A stretch of 22,092 bases of DNA from a virus: the UHGV virus genome UHGV-0073665; one strand, given 5' to 3'. Within the stretch, counting starts at the first letter, position 1. Each line of letters begins with the position of its first letter. The notes under the pieces were generated by a model, which was given only the letters and a program-made list of their open reading frames with translations, had not been told where the DNA came from and did no database searches. A program made the translations under genes and the position numbers. This document shows positions 7,634 to 15,571 of the stretch, one piece after another.

Positions 7634-7930
7634 ATGCCAGCGCCTTTGTATGGTGCGGATGACCCGCGCCGCTGTTCCGGCAATTCCGTATCGGAGGTGC
7701 TGGATAAATTCAGAAAAAACTACGATCGAATAATGTCTCTACCGCAGGAAACGAAAGAGGAAAAGGAATTTCGCCACTGTATATGGCTTGCAGAGAAAGA
7801 AGAACGCGAGCGAATTTACCAGACATCAATCCGACCATTCCGCAAAGCCACATATACCCACTTCCCTGAATATATCGACCCGCGCCTGCGTAATTACCGC
7901 TCACGCTATGGCGCTATCAGTAATGACTGA
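7634..7930 (+). CDS. Hypothetical early protein (98 aa); sits where P22 has abc2, identity unverified
   Basis: AAGGA RBS. No sequence recognition. Confidence 0.45.
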   Translation: MPAPLYGADDPRRCSGNSVSEVLDKFRKNYDRIMSLPQETKEEKEFRHCIWLAEKEERERIYQTSIRPFRKATYTHFPEYIDPRLRNYRSRYGAISND

Positions 7931-8024
7931 GGAATTTACCATGAGAGGACTTGCTTAAGAGAAAGAGTTTCGGTTCTGTTAATGACAACAAATATCTGAA
8001 TGCGATGTGGCGGAGTGGGAAGAA

Positions 8025-8543
8025 ATGAAACAAATGTCACTAATTGAGATGGATGGTTTTCTGAAAGGTAAATGCATCCCAAGTGATTTAAAGGTTAACG
8101 AAACAAACGCTGAATACCTTGTCCGTAAGTTCGGTGAACTTGAATCAAAACTGGAAACGGCGTTGCGGGAGTGTAGTTCTGCTGGAATCACGATTGATAA
8201 CCTTGAGGCTAAATGCGCGAAGATGGCTGCTGAAAATACCTCACTTAAGCAATCTGAGAAGGAATTTAATGACTTTTGTCGTGAGGAGTTTAGCGAATGG
8301 GAAGATGATGTTACTGAAACCCCAGCCACCGATGCTTTTCTGGCTGAAGTGCGGGCGCAGGGGGTGGATGCTGCTATAGAAGCTGCAAAAAATCTGGTGG
8401 CCCAAGAATATGAGTATAAGGATTTCAAAGCGGCGCAGAGTGATTGCTGTATGCACCCTGGTTCAGACCTGGTAGGGAAGGTTGAAATGACTGAGTGGTT
8501 AGTTGACTTTGCTGCCCAGCTTCGCAAAGGAGGCAACCAGTGA
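8025..8543 (+). CDS. Hypothetical acidic early protein (172 aa from ATG 8025)
   Basis: GGAG lies 9 nt upstream of ATG 8025; the track start 8007 is GTG. Strongly acidic composition. Confidence 0.5.
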   Translation: MKQMSLIEMDGFLKGKCIPSDLKVNETNAEYLVRKFGELESKLETALRECSSAGITIDNLEAKCAKMAAENTSLKQSEKEFNDFCREEFSEWEDDVTETPATDAFLAEVRAQGVDAAIEAAKNLVAQEYEYKDFKAAQSDCCMHPGSDLVGKVEMTEWLVDFAAQLRKGGNQ

Positions 8544-8839
8544 CTGTATGTCTTATTGATAAACGTCGACGTGGGCAACAAATACCATCTGTTGAAATGC
8601 CGAATCACACATGGTTTTGCGTACTTGATATCGATGGTATGGATACGTTGGTTGACACTCGTCATTACTGCGATACCGCAACAGCTACTCCGGCGAAAGC
8701 AAAGAAAATGGCTGCTCTGATAGAAAACTGGACTCCACCTGATGGTTGGTGCAATGGGAATGATCGAGATTGGCACGAAAAAATGAAGGGCTATATCTGC
8801 GATTTTTTACGTAAATGCAACGGCTTCAGGGGGATGTGA
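8540..8839 (+). CDS. Hypothetical early protein (99 aa, GTG start)
   Basis: AAGGAGG lies 6 nt upstream of GTG 8540, which overlaps the upstream stop. Confidence 0.5.
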   Translation: MTVCLIDKRRRGQQIPSVEMPNHTWFCVLDIDGMDTLVDTRHYCDTATATPAKAKKMAALIENWTPPDGWCNGNDRDWHEKMKGYICDFLRKCNGFRGM

Positions 8840-8840
8840 T

Positions 8841-9413
8841 ATGACCAAAATTAACTATCAGGCACTGCGTGAGGCGGCAGAACGTGCAATTCCGGCAATG
8901 GAACGCCTGTTAATGTTGCCAGTTGATGATGATTTGTTAAGTGAACAGGAACTTAAGGATTACGGTGTGGATATTGATGCGCTCAACGCCTTCAAATTTC
9001 TGACCGGACCAGAAACCGTGCTGGCGCTGCTGGATGAACGGGAAAGAAACCAGCAATACATCAAACGCCGCGACCAGGAGAACGAGGAAATTGCGCTAAC
9101 GGTAGGGAAGCTGCGCGTTGAGCTGGAAGCTGCAGAGAAGCGCATTGCAGAACTGGAAGCCGAACCTGTAAGCCAAACTTACAAGTTGAACGAGCTGTCG
9201 GGCAACTATCCGGTAACTCCGGATGGTTGGATAAGCTGTAGTGAGCGAATGCCCGCTCAAGATGATTGGATTTTAATTTATTCAAAGCACGGCGAGTATA
9301 TGGCAGGACAGGTACAAGGGGAATACGTGGAGTTGAGCGACGGCACTTTATCGTGGTTAGGGAACGCCTTGTACTGGATGCCTCTACCGGAACCGCCGCA
9401 GGAGGTTAATTGA
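8841..9413 (+). CDS. Hypothetical early protein (190 aa) with central coiled-coil and Trp-rich C-terminal domain
   Basis: ATG 2 nt after the upstream stop. C-terminal ...PDGWISCSERMP...WMPLPEPP resembles phage DUF551-type domains; this is tentative. Confidence 0.5.
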   Translation: MTKINYQALREAAERAIPAMERLLMLPVDDDLLSEQELKDYGVDIDALNAFKFLTGPETVLALLDERERNQQYIKRRDQENEEIALTVGKLRVELEAAEKRIAELEAEPVSQTYKLNELSGNYPVTPDGWISCSERMPAQDDWILIYSKHGEYMAGQVQGEYVELSDGTLSWLGNALYWMPLPEPPQEVN

Positions 9414-9697
9414 TGGTCTCCTTCGCGAAATATACGATTATTGACTGGATAGCATTCATTCAGGTTTTGCTCATCTGGTTTTATATGGCTTACAGGAGTG
9501 GACAGTGGATTGTCAGTGTAGCCTGTAGCAATGGATGGCGTTGGTGGAACCGAAAGAATAAAAAAGCGCTGGCCTTGGCTTCGTTTTACGAAGCATTCAA
9601 TCTTAACAGTCTTCAGCCTGGTTCTGTCGTTGTAGTCACCACTCAAAGCGGCATGACGATACAAATTCACAAGCCAAAGGAGGAAGGTCGTGGCTAA
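9413..9697 (+). CDS. Hypothetical small protein with hydrophobic N-terminal segment (94 aa from ATG 9413)
   Basis: GGAGG lies 7 nt upstream; start overlaps the upstream stop. Hydrophobic stretch IIDWIAFIQVLLIWFYMAY. Confidence 0.4.
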   Translation: MVSFAKYTIIDWIAFIQVLLIWFYMAYRSGQWIVSVACSNGWRWWNRKNKKALALASFYEAFNLNSLQPGSVVVVTTQSGMTIQIHKPKEEGRG

Positions 9698-9971
9698 CCT
9701 GCAACTTGCCGTTAAAGGTGAATACTTCGATGCCATGATTCGCGGAGAGAAAACGGAAGAGTATCGCCTGTGTAATGACTACTGGAATAAGCGAATTATG
9801 TTCCGCGAGTATGACCGCCTGATTATCACAAAGGGATATCCGAAGCGCGACGATTCCAGCCGCAGAATTGACGTCCCGTATGACGGATATGAAATCAAGA
9901 CAATCACACATCCCCACTTCGGTGATAAACCGGTAAAGGTGTTCGCGATAAAGGTGAATATTGATGGCTAA
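9690..9971 (+). CDS. Hypothetical protein, possibly ASCH/PUA-like (93 aa, GTG start)
   Basis: AAGGAGG lies 6 nt upstream of GTG 9690. N-terminal pattern KGEYFDAMIRGEKTEEYR resembles ASCH-domain proteins; this is tentative. Confidence 0.45.
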   Translation: MANLQLAVKGEYFDAMIRGEKTEEYRLCNDYWNKRIMFREYDRLIITKGYPKRDDSSRRIDVPYDGYEIKTITHPHFGDKPVKVFAIKVNIDG

Positions 9972-10302
9972 ATCAGCAGCAGAGCGCAAAGCCGCTCAGA
10001 GAGCCAGACAAGCTGCATCTGGTGTGCGTAAACTGGAGATTGTGCTTGATGCTCAGGAAATTGAAATGCTGGAGCGTAACTGTGCCACGCGTCGCCCCGG
10101 GCGTGCGCCTTACGAATTTGGTGAGTATATTGCGTTACTTATCCGCCAGGATGATGCTCGCGTGCACGGGCGTATAAAATCGATCAGCAGAAAACGTTGC
10201 GGTAAGTGCGGCGAGAGAGTTCCTGTGAATTCATGCCCGTGTAATGGTGACTCGCAATGCTGGGTGACCAAAGGCTGGCATGAAACGAAATTAATATTGT
10301 GA
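9964..10302 (+). CDS. Hypothetical protein with C-terminal Cys-rich (zinc-ribbon-like) segment (112 aa)
   Basis: AAGGTGA lies 6 nt upstream of ATG 9964. C-terminus has CGKCG...CPCNGDSQCW. Last gene before the terminase; stop codon lies inside the 16-bp palindromic motif. Confidence 0.5.
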   Translation: MAKSAAERKAAQRARQAASGVRKLEIVLDAQEIEMLERNCATRRPGRAPYEFGEYIALLIRQDDARVHGRIKSISRKRCGKCGERVPVNSCPCNGDSQCWVTKGWHETKLIL

Positions 10303-10311
10303 CATGTCACG
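10296..10311. repeat. 16-bp motif ATTGTGACATGTCACG (core perfect palindrome GTGACATGTCAC), copy 1, immediately upstream of TerS
   Basis: An identical 16-mer recurs at 12513..12528, just after TerL. Confidence 0.7.
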
Positions 10312-10323
10312 AGTGGGTTATGC

Positions 10324-11016
10324 ATGATGAATTTGATGGTTTTGAATACTGCCGCCAACTATGGCGGCTTTATTTTGCATGGTACTATTACCACAACGGT
10401 AACTATTACCACGGTGGTTATGATGCCTGCTGAACCTAAAGCCTATAAACGCAAATCAACGCAATTTAAGCCACTAACAGCAATGCAGGAGGCTTATTGC
10501 CAGTCATACATCAAAACGCCTGAAAACCAGACTCAGGCAGCGATTAACGCAGGATTCTCCCCAAATACAGCGGCAGTTAAAGCCAGTCTCATGATGCGCG
10601 ATGAACGCATTCAAAAACGGATTGCCGAGCTGATGGAAGAGCGCAACAAACGAATGCGCGTCAGTGCTGATTACGTTCTCATGCGCCTGGTGGAGATCGA
10701 CCAGATGGACGTGATCGACATCCTCAACGACGATGGGAGCCTTAAGCCAATCCGCGAGTGGCCGAAAATCTGGCGCACTACGCTTAGTGGCTTTGATCTG
10801 TCATCGACCATCATGAACATGAACGAGGATTCGATAGAGACAATCCTCAAAAAAATTAAATGGCCTGACAAGGTGAAGAACCTCGAACTGATTGGTAAGC
10901 ACGTCGACGTCAACGCATTCAAAGAACGCCTGGATGTTAATGTGAATGTGACAATTGCTGATCGCATAGCGGCAGCCAGGAAGAGACTGAAAGAACGCCA
11001 GGATGGCAATCAGTGA
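10324..11016 (+). CDS. terS: Terminase small subunit (alternative start ATG 10420)
   Basis: Directly precedes and overlaps TerL. Region ...KAYKRKSTQFKPLTAMQEAYCQSYIKTPENQTQAAINAGFSPNTAAVKA... is typical of the HTH DNA-binding part of small terminases. The Thr/Ile-rich N-terminal extension from 10324 is odd, so the start is uncertain. Confidence 0.65.
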   Translation: MMNLMVLNTAANYGGFILHGTITTTVTITTVVMMPAEPKAYKRKSTQFKPLTAMQEAYCQSYIKTPENQTQAAINAGFSPNTAAVKASLMMRDERIQKRIAELMEERNKRMRVSADYVLMRLVEIDQMDVIDILNDDGSLKPIREWPKIWRTTLSGFDLSSTIMNMNEDSIETILKKIKWPDKVKNLELIGKHVDVNAFKERLDVNVNVTIADRIAAARKRLKERQDGNQ

Positions 11017-12488
11017 CAGATACAGCGTTATCTCCTGAAGAGCAGTTAATCGAGGATATTGCAGGGTTCACTCACGATCCGCTTGGCTATGCCCTCTATG
11101 CGTTCCCGTGGGGGGAAGAGGGTACTGAACTGGCACATGCCACCGGTCCACGTCAGTGGCAGGCCGATGCGTTCCGAGAGATACGTGATCACCTGCAGAA
11201 TCCAGAGACGCGATATCAGCCGCTTATGCTGGCACGTGCTTCTGGTCACGGTATTGGTAAATCCGCATTCATCTCAATGCTGATCAACTGGGGCATGTCC
11301 ACTTGCGAGGATTGTAAGGTCGTGGTGACCGCCAACACCGACAACCAGCTACGAACGAAGACCTGGCCGGAAATTATCAAGTGGTCAAACCTTGCTATCA
11401 CGAAAGACTGGTTTACCTGTACCGCTACCGCGATGTACAGCAATGACCCTGGGCACGACAAGCGGTGGCGAGCTGACGCAATCCCCTGGTCTGAGCACAA
11501 CACTGAGGCATTCGCCGGACTACACAACGAGCGTAAACGCATCATCGTGGTATTTGATGAAGCGTCGAACATTGCGGATCTGGTGTGGGAAGTTGCCGAG
11601 GGTGCGCTAACGGACGAAGACACTGAGATTATCTGGGTGGCTTTCGGAAACCCTACACGTAACACCGGGCGTTTCCGTGAATGTTTCCGCAAATACAAAC
11701 ACCGCTGGAAAACTGCGCAGATTGACAGCAGGACGGTGGAAGGCACCAACAAACAGCAGTTGCAGAAATGGGTTGATGACTATGGGGAAGATAGCGACTT
11801 CGTTAAAATCCGTGTGCGTGGCATATTCCCTGATGCATCTGAATTGCAGTTTATCCCTACCGGTCTTACTGACGAGGCAATGAAACGGGTGGTAACCGCT
11901 GCGCAGGTGGCACATGCTCCGGTGATAATCGGTGTTGACCCGGCATATTCAGGCGTTGATGACGCGGTGATATACCTGCGGCAGGGGCTACACAGTAAGG
12001 TGCTGTGGACTGGCAACAAGACTACCGACGATCTGATTATGGCGAAGCGTATCGCTGACTTTGAAGACCAGTATCAGGCTGACGCGGTGTTCATCGACTT
12101 CGGTTACGGAACCGGTTTGAAGTCAATCGGTGACGGCTGGGGTCGTACATGGCAACTTGTTCCGTTCGGTGGCGCGTCTACTGACCCGCAGATGCTCAAC
12201 AAGCGTGGGGAGATGTTCAACTCATGCAAGACATGGCTGAGGCTCGGCGGCATGCTGGATGACCAGGAAACAGCGGACGACCTGTCGACGGCAGAGTACA
12301 AAGTTCGCGTGGACGGTAAAATCGTTATCGAACCGAAGGAAGATATCAAAGAGCGACTTGGGCGTTCTCCTGGTAAAGGCGATGCGCTACTGCTGACGTT
12401 TGCGTTCCCTGTGTCGAAGCGTCTGCGAATTCCCGGGCAGCAGAACCAGCAAGGCAAAGCCATCACAGACTATGATCCTTTTGCATAA
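11013..12488 (+). CDS. terL: Terminase large subunit (ATPase plus nuclease), GTG start
   Basis: 491 aa. Walker A-like ARASGHGIGKS, Walker B-like IIVVFDEAS, and a C-terminal acidic nuclease-type region. Start overlaps the TerS stop. Confidence 0.88.
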   Translation: MTDTALSPEEQLIEDIAGFTHDPLGYALYAFPWGEEGTELAHATGPRQWQADAFREIRDHLQNPETRYQPLMLARASGHGIGKSAFISMLINWGMSTCEDCKVVVTANTDNQLRTKTWPEIIKWSNLAITKDWFTCTATAMYSNDPGHDKRWRADAIPWSEHNTEAFAGLHNERKRIIVVFDEASNIADLVWEVAEGALTDEDTEIIWVAFGNPTRNTGRFRECFRKYKHRWKTAQIDSRTVEGTNKQQLQKWVDDYGEDSDFVKIRVRGIFPDASELQFIPTGLTDEAMKRVVTAAQVAHAPVIIGVDPAYSGVDDAVIYLRQGLHSKVLWTGNKTTDDLIMAKRIADFEDQYQADAVFIDFGYGTGLKSIGDGWGRTWQLVPFGGASTDPQMLNKRGEMFNSCKTWLRLGGMLDDQETADDLSTAEYKVRVDGKIVIEPKEDIKERLGRSPGKGDALLLTFAFPVSKRLRIPGQQNQQGKAITDYDPFA

Positions 12489-12510
12489 AAAAGCCCGCGA
12501 ATCGGCGGGC
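12487..12510 (-). terminator. Intrinsic terminator oriented for minus-strand transcription (end of the 140-aa ORF unit)
   Basis: Hairpin GCCCGC-gaatcg-GCGGGC at 12493..12510, followed on the minus strand by TTTTTT (plus-strand AAAAAA at 12487..12492). No U-tract on the plus-strand side. Confidence 0.6.
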
Positions 12511-12512
12511 TG

Positions 12513-12528
12513 ATTGTGACATGTCACG
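12513..12528. repeat. 16-bp motif ATTGTGACATGTCACG, copy 2, immediately downstream of TerL
   Basis: Identical to copy 1 at 10296..10311. Confidence 0.7.
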
Positions 12529-12531
12529 GCG

Positions 12532-12954
12532 TTAGAAGGTTATTTTATCGAATGCGGCGTTGATTGCCTTGGCGTCCTGCTCAGCACCAACCACATCAAG
12601 TAAAGATCTTTTACTAAGCACTTCAGCCAGGCATTGTAACTTCATGTTGTATAAGTTTTCGCGCATGTAATCATCATCACTTTTTTCTTTGGCGTATACA
12701 GCGCGAGAAATATCAAACACATTGCCTTTTTCCATTTCAGTTTTCTGCGCTGAAATCCAGTCATGGCAAGTAACTCCTATTCCATGGTCATCGCTAAGCG
12801 TTAACCCGGCCAGTCCCTCACTCTGAATTACTTCGTAATGCATTTCATTACCAGCAAAAACGCCATAAAAAACGCAGTCTTCAGCCTGAACGATACGAGA
12901 ATATTTTAATGGCCATTCATTTAGATACTTAGCCAACATATCAATTGTTTTCAT
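12532..12954 (-). CDS. Hypothetical 140-aa protein on the opposite strand inside the structural module
   Basis: AAGGTGA lies 4 nt upstream of the ATG on the minus strand. Flanked by terminators. No family recognised. Confidence 0.65.
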   Translation of the reverse strand: MKTIDMLAKYLNEWPLKYSRIVQAEDCVFYGVFAGNEMHYEVIQSEGLAGLTLSDDHGIGVTCHDWISAQKTEMEKGNVFDISRAVYAKEKSDDDYMRENLYNMKLQCLAEVLSKRSLLDVVGAEQDAKAINAAFDKITF

Positions 12955-12965
12955 GATCTCACCTT

Positions 12966-12989
12966 AAAAAAATGCCCGGCGAACCGGGC
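12966..12989 (-). terminator. Intrinsic terminator or attenuator (minus strand): GCCCGG-UUCG-CCGGGC hairpin plus U7, directly abutting the RBS of the 140-aa ORF
   Basis: Plus strand shows aaaaaaa then GCCCGGcgaaCCGGGC; on the minus strand this is a hairpin followed by a U-run. Confidence 0.55.
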
Positions 12990-13065
12990 GAACTGGAAGC
13001 AATGAGTTATGCCTTCCGTGGCTGTACGGGTTTACAGCATGAAGTCATCGCAATGGCGTCCTGCT

Positions 13066-13109
13066 GTAAAAAGGGCGGTGATAGTCCTTCAAGGGAAACC
13101 ATCACCGCC
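13066..13109 (-). terminator. Probable intrinsic terminator for the tRNA transcript (minus strand)
   Basis: 9-bp stem GGCGGTGAT/ATCACCGCC at 13074..13109, followed on the minus strand by CTTTTT. Lies ~44 nt downstream of the tRNA 3' end. Confidence 0.5.
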
Positions 13110-13152
13110 AAGCACCTGGAACTTCTGGCATCACGGTCCTTAGGCGTGATTC

Positions 13153-13229
13153 TGGCGTGGCATGCAGGATTCGAACCTGCGACCAACCGCTTAGAAGGCG
13201 GTTGCTCTGTCCAACTGAGCTAATGCCAC
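13153..13229 (-). tRNA. tRNA-Arg (anticodon UCU), 77 nt with encoded CCA
   Basis: Reverse complement is GTGGCATTAGCTCAGTTGGACAGAGCAACCGCCTTCTAAGCGGTTGGTCGCAGGTTCGAATCCTGCATGCCACGCCA. Folds by hand into a cloverleaf: 7-bp acceptor stem, D-stem GCTC/GAGC, anticodon stem ACCGC/GCGGT with loop CTTCTAA, T-arm GCAGG-TTCGAAT-CCTGC. Confidence 0.9.
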
Positions 13230-13656
13230 AACGCTGAGAGCACTTAGCCTGTTAAGGCGCCACACTTTGTCGCGGCTCCATAAATGCTCTCATCGTTGTA
13301 CCCTCGTCTCTTCCGAGGCGTCACACCGAATCGCCGGGATGGTGAATCCCCGTGCGCGGAATAAAACCGCTCGACTTGCACATTCCGGCTACCTGGTTCG
13401 TTTGCCCGAGCAAGGGAGGGTGCCCCTTAAACGTATCCAGACCGCTATCGGCGCATGTGCCATACGCCGTACTGCTCAAAATAAAAGCTCACTCCACCTG
13501 TTTAATTTAACGACAAGCCAGTCAGGTTAGTAACCAGAATGAGCCCTTTGGTTACCTGAAAGGTAATAATTAACGCGTTAAATGTCAACCTTCTACGATA
13601 AATAAATCATATGTGGTTAAATTGGTAATAATTTAATTGCGTACGGAGTCATTGAT

Positions 13657-13863
13657 ATGTGCATGGGTAGCTCACCATCAGTGCCTGCAACACCAGAAGT
13701 TCAGGCAGCACCACAGGAGCAGGATGCCGCCGTTGTTGATGCCCGCGACGAAGAAACACGTCGCCGTCGCGCTGCTGCTGGTCGTAGTTCTACGCTGCTT
13801 ACCGGTTCTCAGGGCGACACATCAACCGCTAATACCAGCGGTAAAACGCTGCTTGGTCAGTAA
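13657..13863 (+). CDS. Possible small Ala/Arg-rich protein (68 aa) immediately upstream of portal
   Basis: GGAG lies 8 nt upstream of the ATG, in a context (CGGAGTCATTGA) duplicated before the portal start. Low-complexity composition, so it may be spurious. Confidence 0.35.
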   Translation: MCMGSSPSVPATPEVQAAPQEQDAAVVDARDEETRRRRAAAGRSSTLLTGSQGDTSTANTSGKTLLGQ

Positions 13864-13877
13864 CCGGAGTCATTGAA

Positions 13878-15571
13878 ATGGCGGAAACAACTAAAGAGCG
13901 ATTGAACAAACAGTTCGCACAACTTGAAAGCGAGCGTCAGTCGTTCGAGCCGCACTGGCGCGAGTTGAGTGATTACATCAACCCGCGTGGTTCCCGCTTT
14001 CTGACTTCTGAAGTCAACCGTAACGATCGACGCAATACACGCATTATTGATTCGACCGGGACTATGGCGGCGCGCACTCTCGCCAGCGGCATGATGTCAG
14101 GCATCACAAGCCCTGCGCGTCCGTGGTTTCGCCTGGCTACGCCAGATCCTGAAATGATGGATTATGGTCCTGTTAAGTTGTGGCTCGAGGCGGTGCAGAA
14201 CCGCATGAACGATATGTTCAATAAGTCGAATCTCTACCAGTCTCTTCCGCAGTTATACGGAAGCCTCGGCACATACAGCACTGGTGCAATGGCGGTGCTG
14301 GAGGATGACGAGGAATACCAGAACCCGGTGGATCTGCTGTTTGAAGAACTGGCAAAAAAGAAGCCCAACTCCTTTGCCGGGCGGCAGTACAAACTTTACA
14401 AGCTGGCCGCAGGCAAAACCGCAAAATCAATCCTCATTTCTTGCGGTGCGGGCTAAATAACGTCAGCGAATCCGTAAAAAGCATGTGGGAAAGCGGCACC
14501 TACGAGAAGTGGATTGAAGTGATGCATTCGGTTTACCCGAACATTGACCGCGATACATCGAAGCTGGATAGCAAGAACAAGCCATTCAAATCGGTTTATT
14601 ACGAGGTTGGTGGCGATAACGACAAGTTGTTGCGTGAGTCCGGATTCGATGAGTTTCCAATTATGGCTCCGCGCTGGGAAGTTAACGGCGAAGATGTTTA
14701 TGGATCATCATGCCCGGGTATGCTGGCGCTTGGACCTGTTAAGGCATTGCAGCTTCTCCAGAAGCGCAAGTCGCAGTTGATTGATAAAGCCACCAATCCG
14801 CCGATGGTTGCTCCGACTTCCCTCAAGAATCAGCGTGCCTCCCTTCTTCCTGGCGACATCACGTATATCGATCAGATTACTGGTCAGGATGGTTTCAGGC
14901 CTGCTTATCTGGTTAACCCCAGTACAGCAGATTTGGTGGCAGACATTCAGGACACTCGTCAAATCATTAACAGCGCCTACTTTGTCGATCTGTTCATGAT
15001 GTTGCAGAACATCAATACCCGCTCGATGCCTGTTGAAGCGGTGATCGAAATGAAAGAAGAAAAACTTCTGATGTTGGGGCCGGTTCTGGAGCGTCTGAAC
15101 GACGAATGTCTTAATCCTCTCATTGACCGCTCTTTCTCGATGATGGTGCGTAAAAACATGCTGCCGCCACCGCCAGACGTGATGGAAGGTATGCCCCTGA
15201 AGGTCGAATACATTTCCGTCATGGCTCAGGCGCAGAAGTCTATCGGCCTGTCCAGTCTGGCGTCCACGGTTAACTTCATTGGTCAACTTGCGCAAGCGAA
15301 ACCAGAAGCTCTCGACAAACTCAACGTTGATCAGGCGATCGATGCATTCGCTGATATGTCCGGAGTGTCTCCAACCGTCATTGTTCCGCAGGAACAGGTT
15401 GAGCAGGCTCGCCAGCAACGGGCACAGCAGCAACAGCAGCAACAAATGATGGCGATGGGGATGGCGGCGGCACAGGGTGCCAAGACGCTAAGCGAAGCTA
15501 AAACTTCGGATCCGAGTGTTTTGTCAGCTATGGCGAATGCAGTTAGTGGTCAGGGTGGGCAATCACAATGA
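13878..15571 (+). CDS. Portal protein (T7 gp8-like podovirus connector), reading frame interrupted: ORFs 13878..14456 and 14441..15571
   Basis: N-terminal and Q-rich C-terminal regions (...QQRAQQQQQQQMMAMGMAAAQG...) resemble T7 gp8 from memory. The second frame is open from 14345. The A6 run at 14354..14359 (A_AAA_AAG in the zero frame) lies in the overlap zone. Confidence 0.75.

Noticed and set aside
7979-8776. 265-aa minus-strand ORF
   Set aside because: Ser-rich antisense frame overlapping two plus-strand genes that have strong RBSs (GGAG, AAGGAGG) and are in operon orientation.
10299-10310. CRP-like or LexA-like site interpretation of GTGACATGTCAC
   Set aside because: Half-site spacing does not fit CRP (TGTGA-N6-TCACA) or LexA (CTGT-N8-ACAG). 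Left as an unassigned palindrome.
11046-12466. Several minus-strand ORFs (67-168 aa) within the TerL coordinates
   Set aside because: They are embedded antisense in a confidently assigned 491-aa terminase gene, with no independent support.
12972-13223. 83-aa plus-strand ORF
   Set aside because: Overlaps the tRNA-Arg gene and its terminator on the opposite strand. Product is implausible.
13153-13229. tRNA as a host integration target marking a prophage boundary
   Set aside because: It is flanked on both sides by phage genes (TerL and portal) and differs from E. coli argU as I recall it, so it is phage-encoded cargo, not an att site.
13267-13530. 87-aa plus-strand ORF in the tRNA-proximal non-coding region
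   Set aside because: No RBS, and the product has no protein-like character. Treated as non-coding.
14708-15445. 245-aa minus-strand ORF
   Set aside because: Antisense to the portal C-terminal region. His/Arg/Leu-rich composition typical of a shadow ORF.
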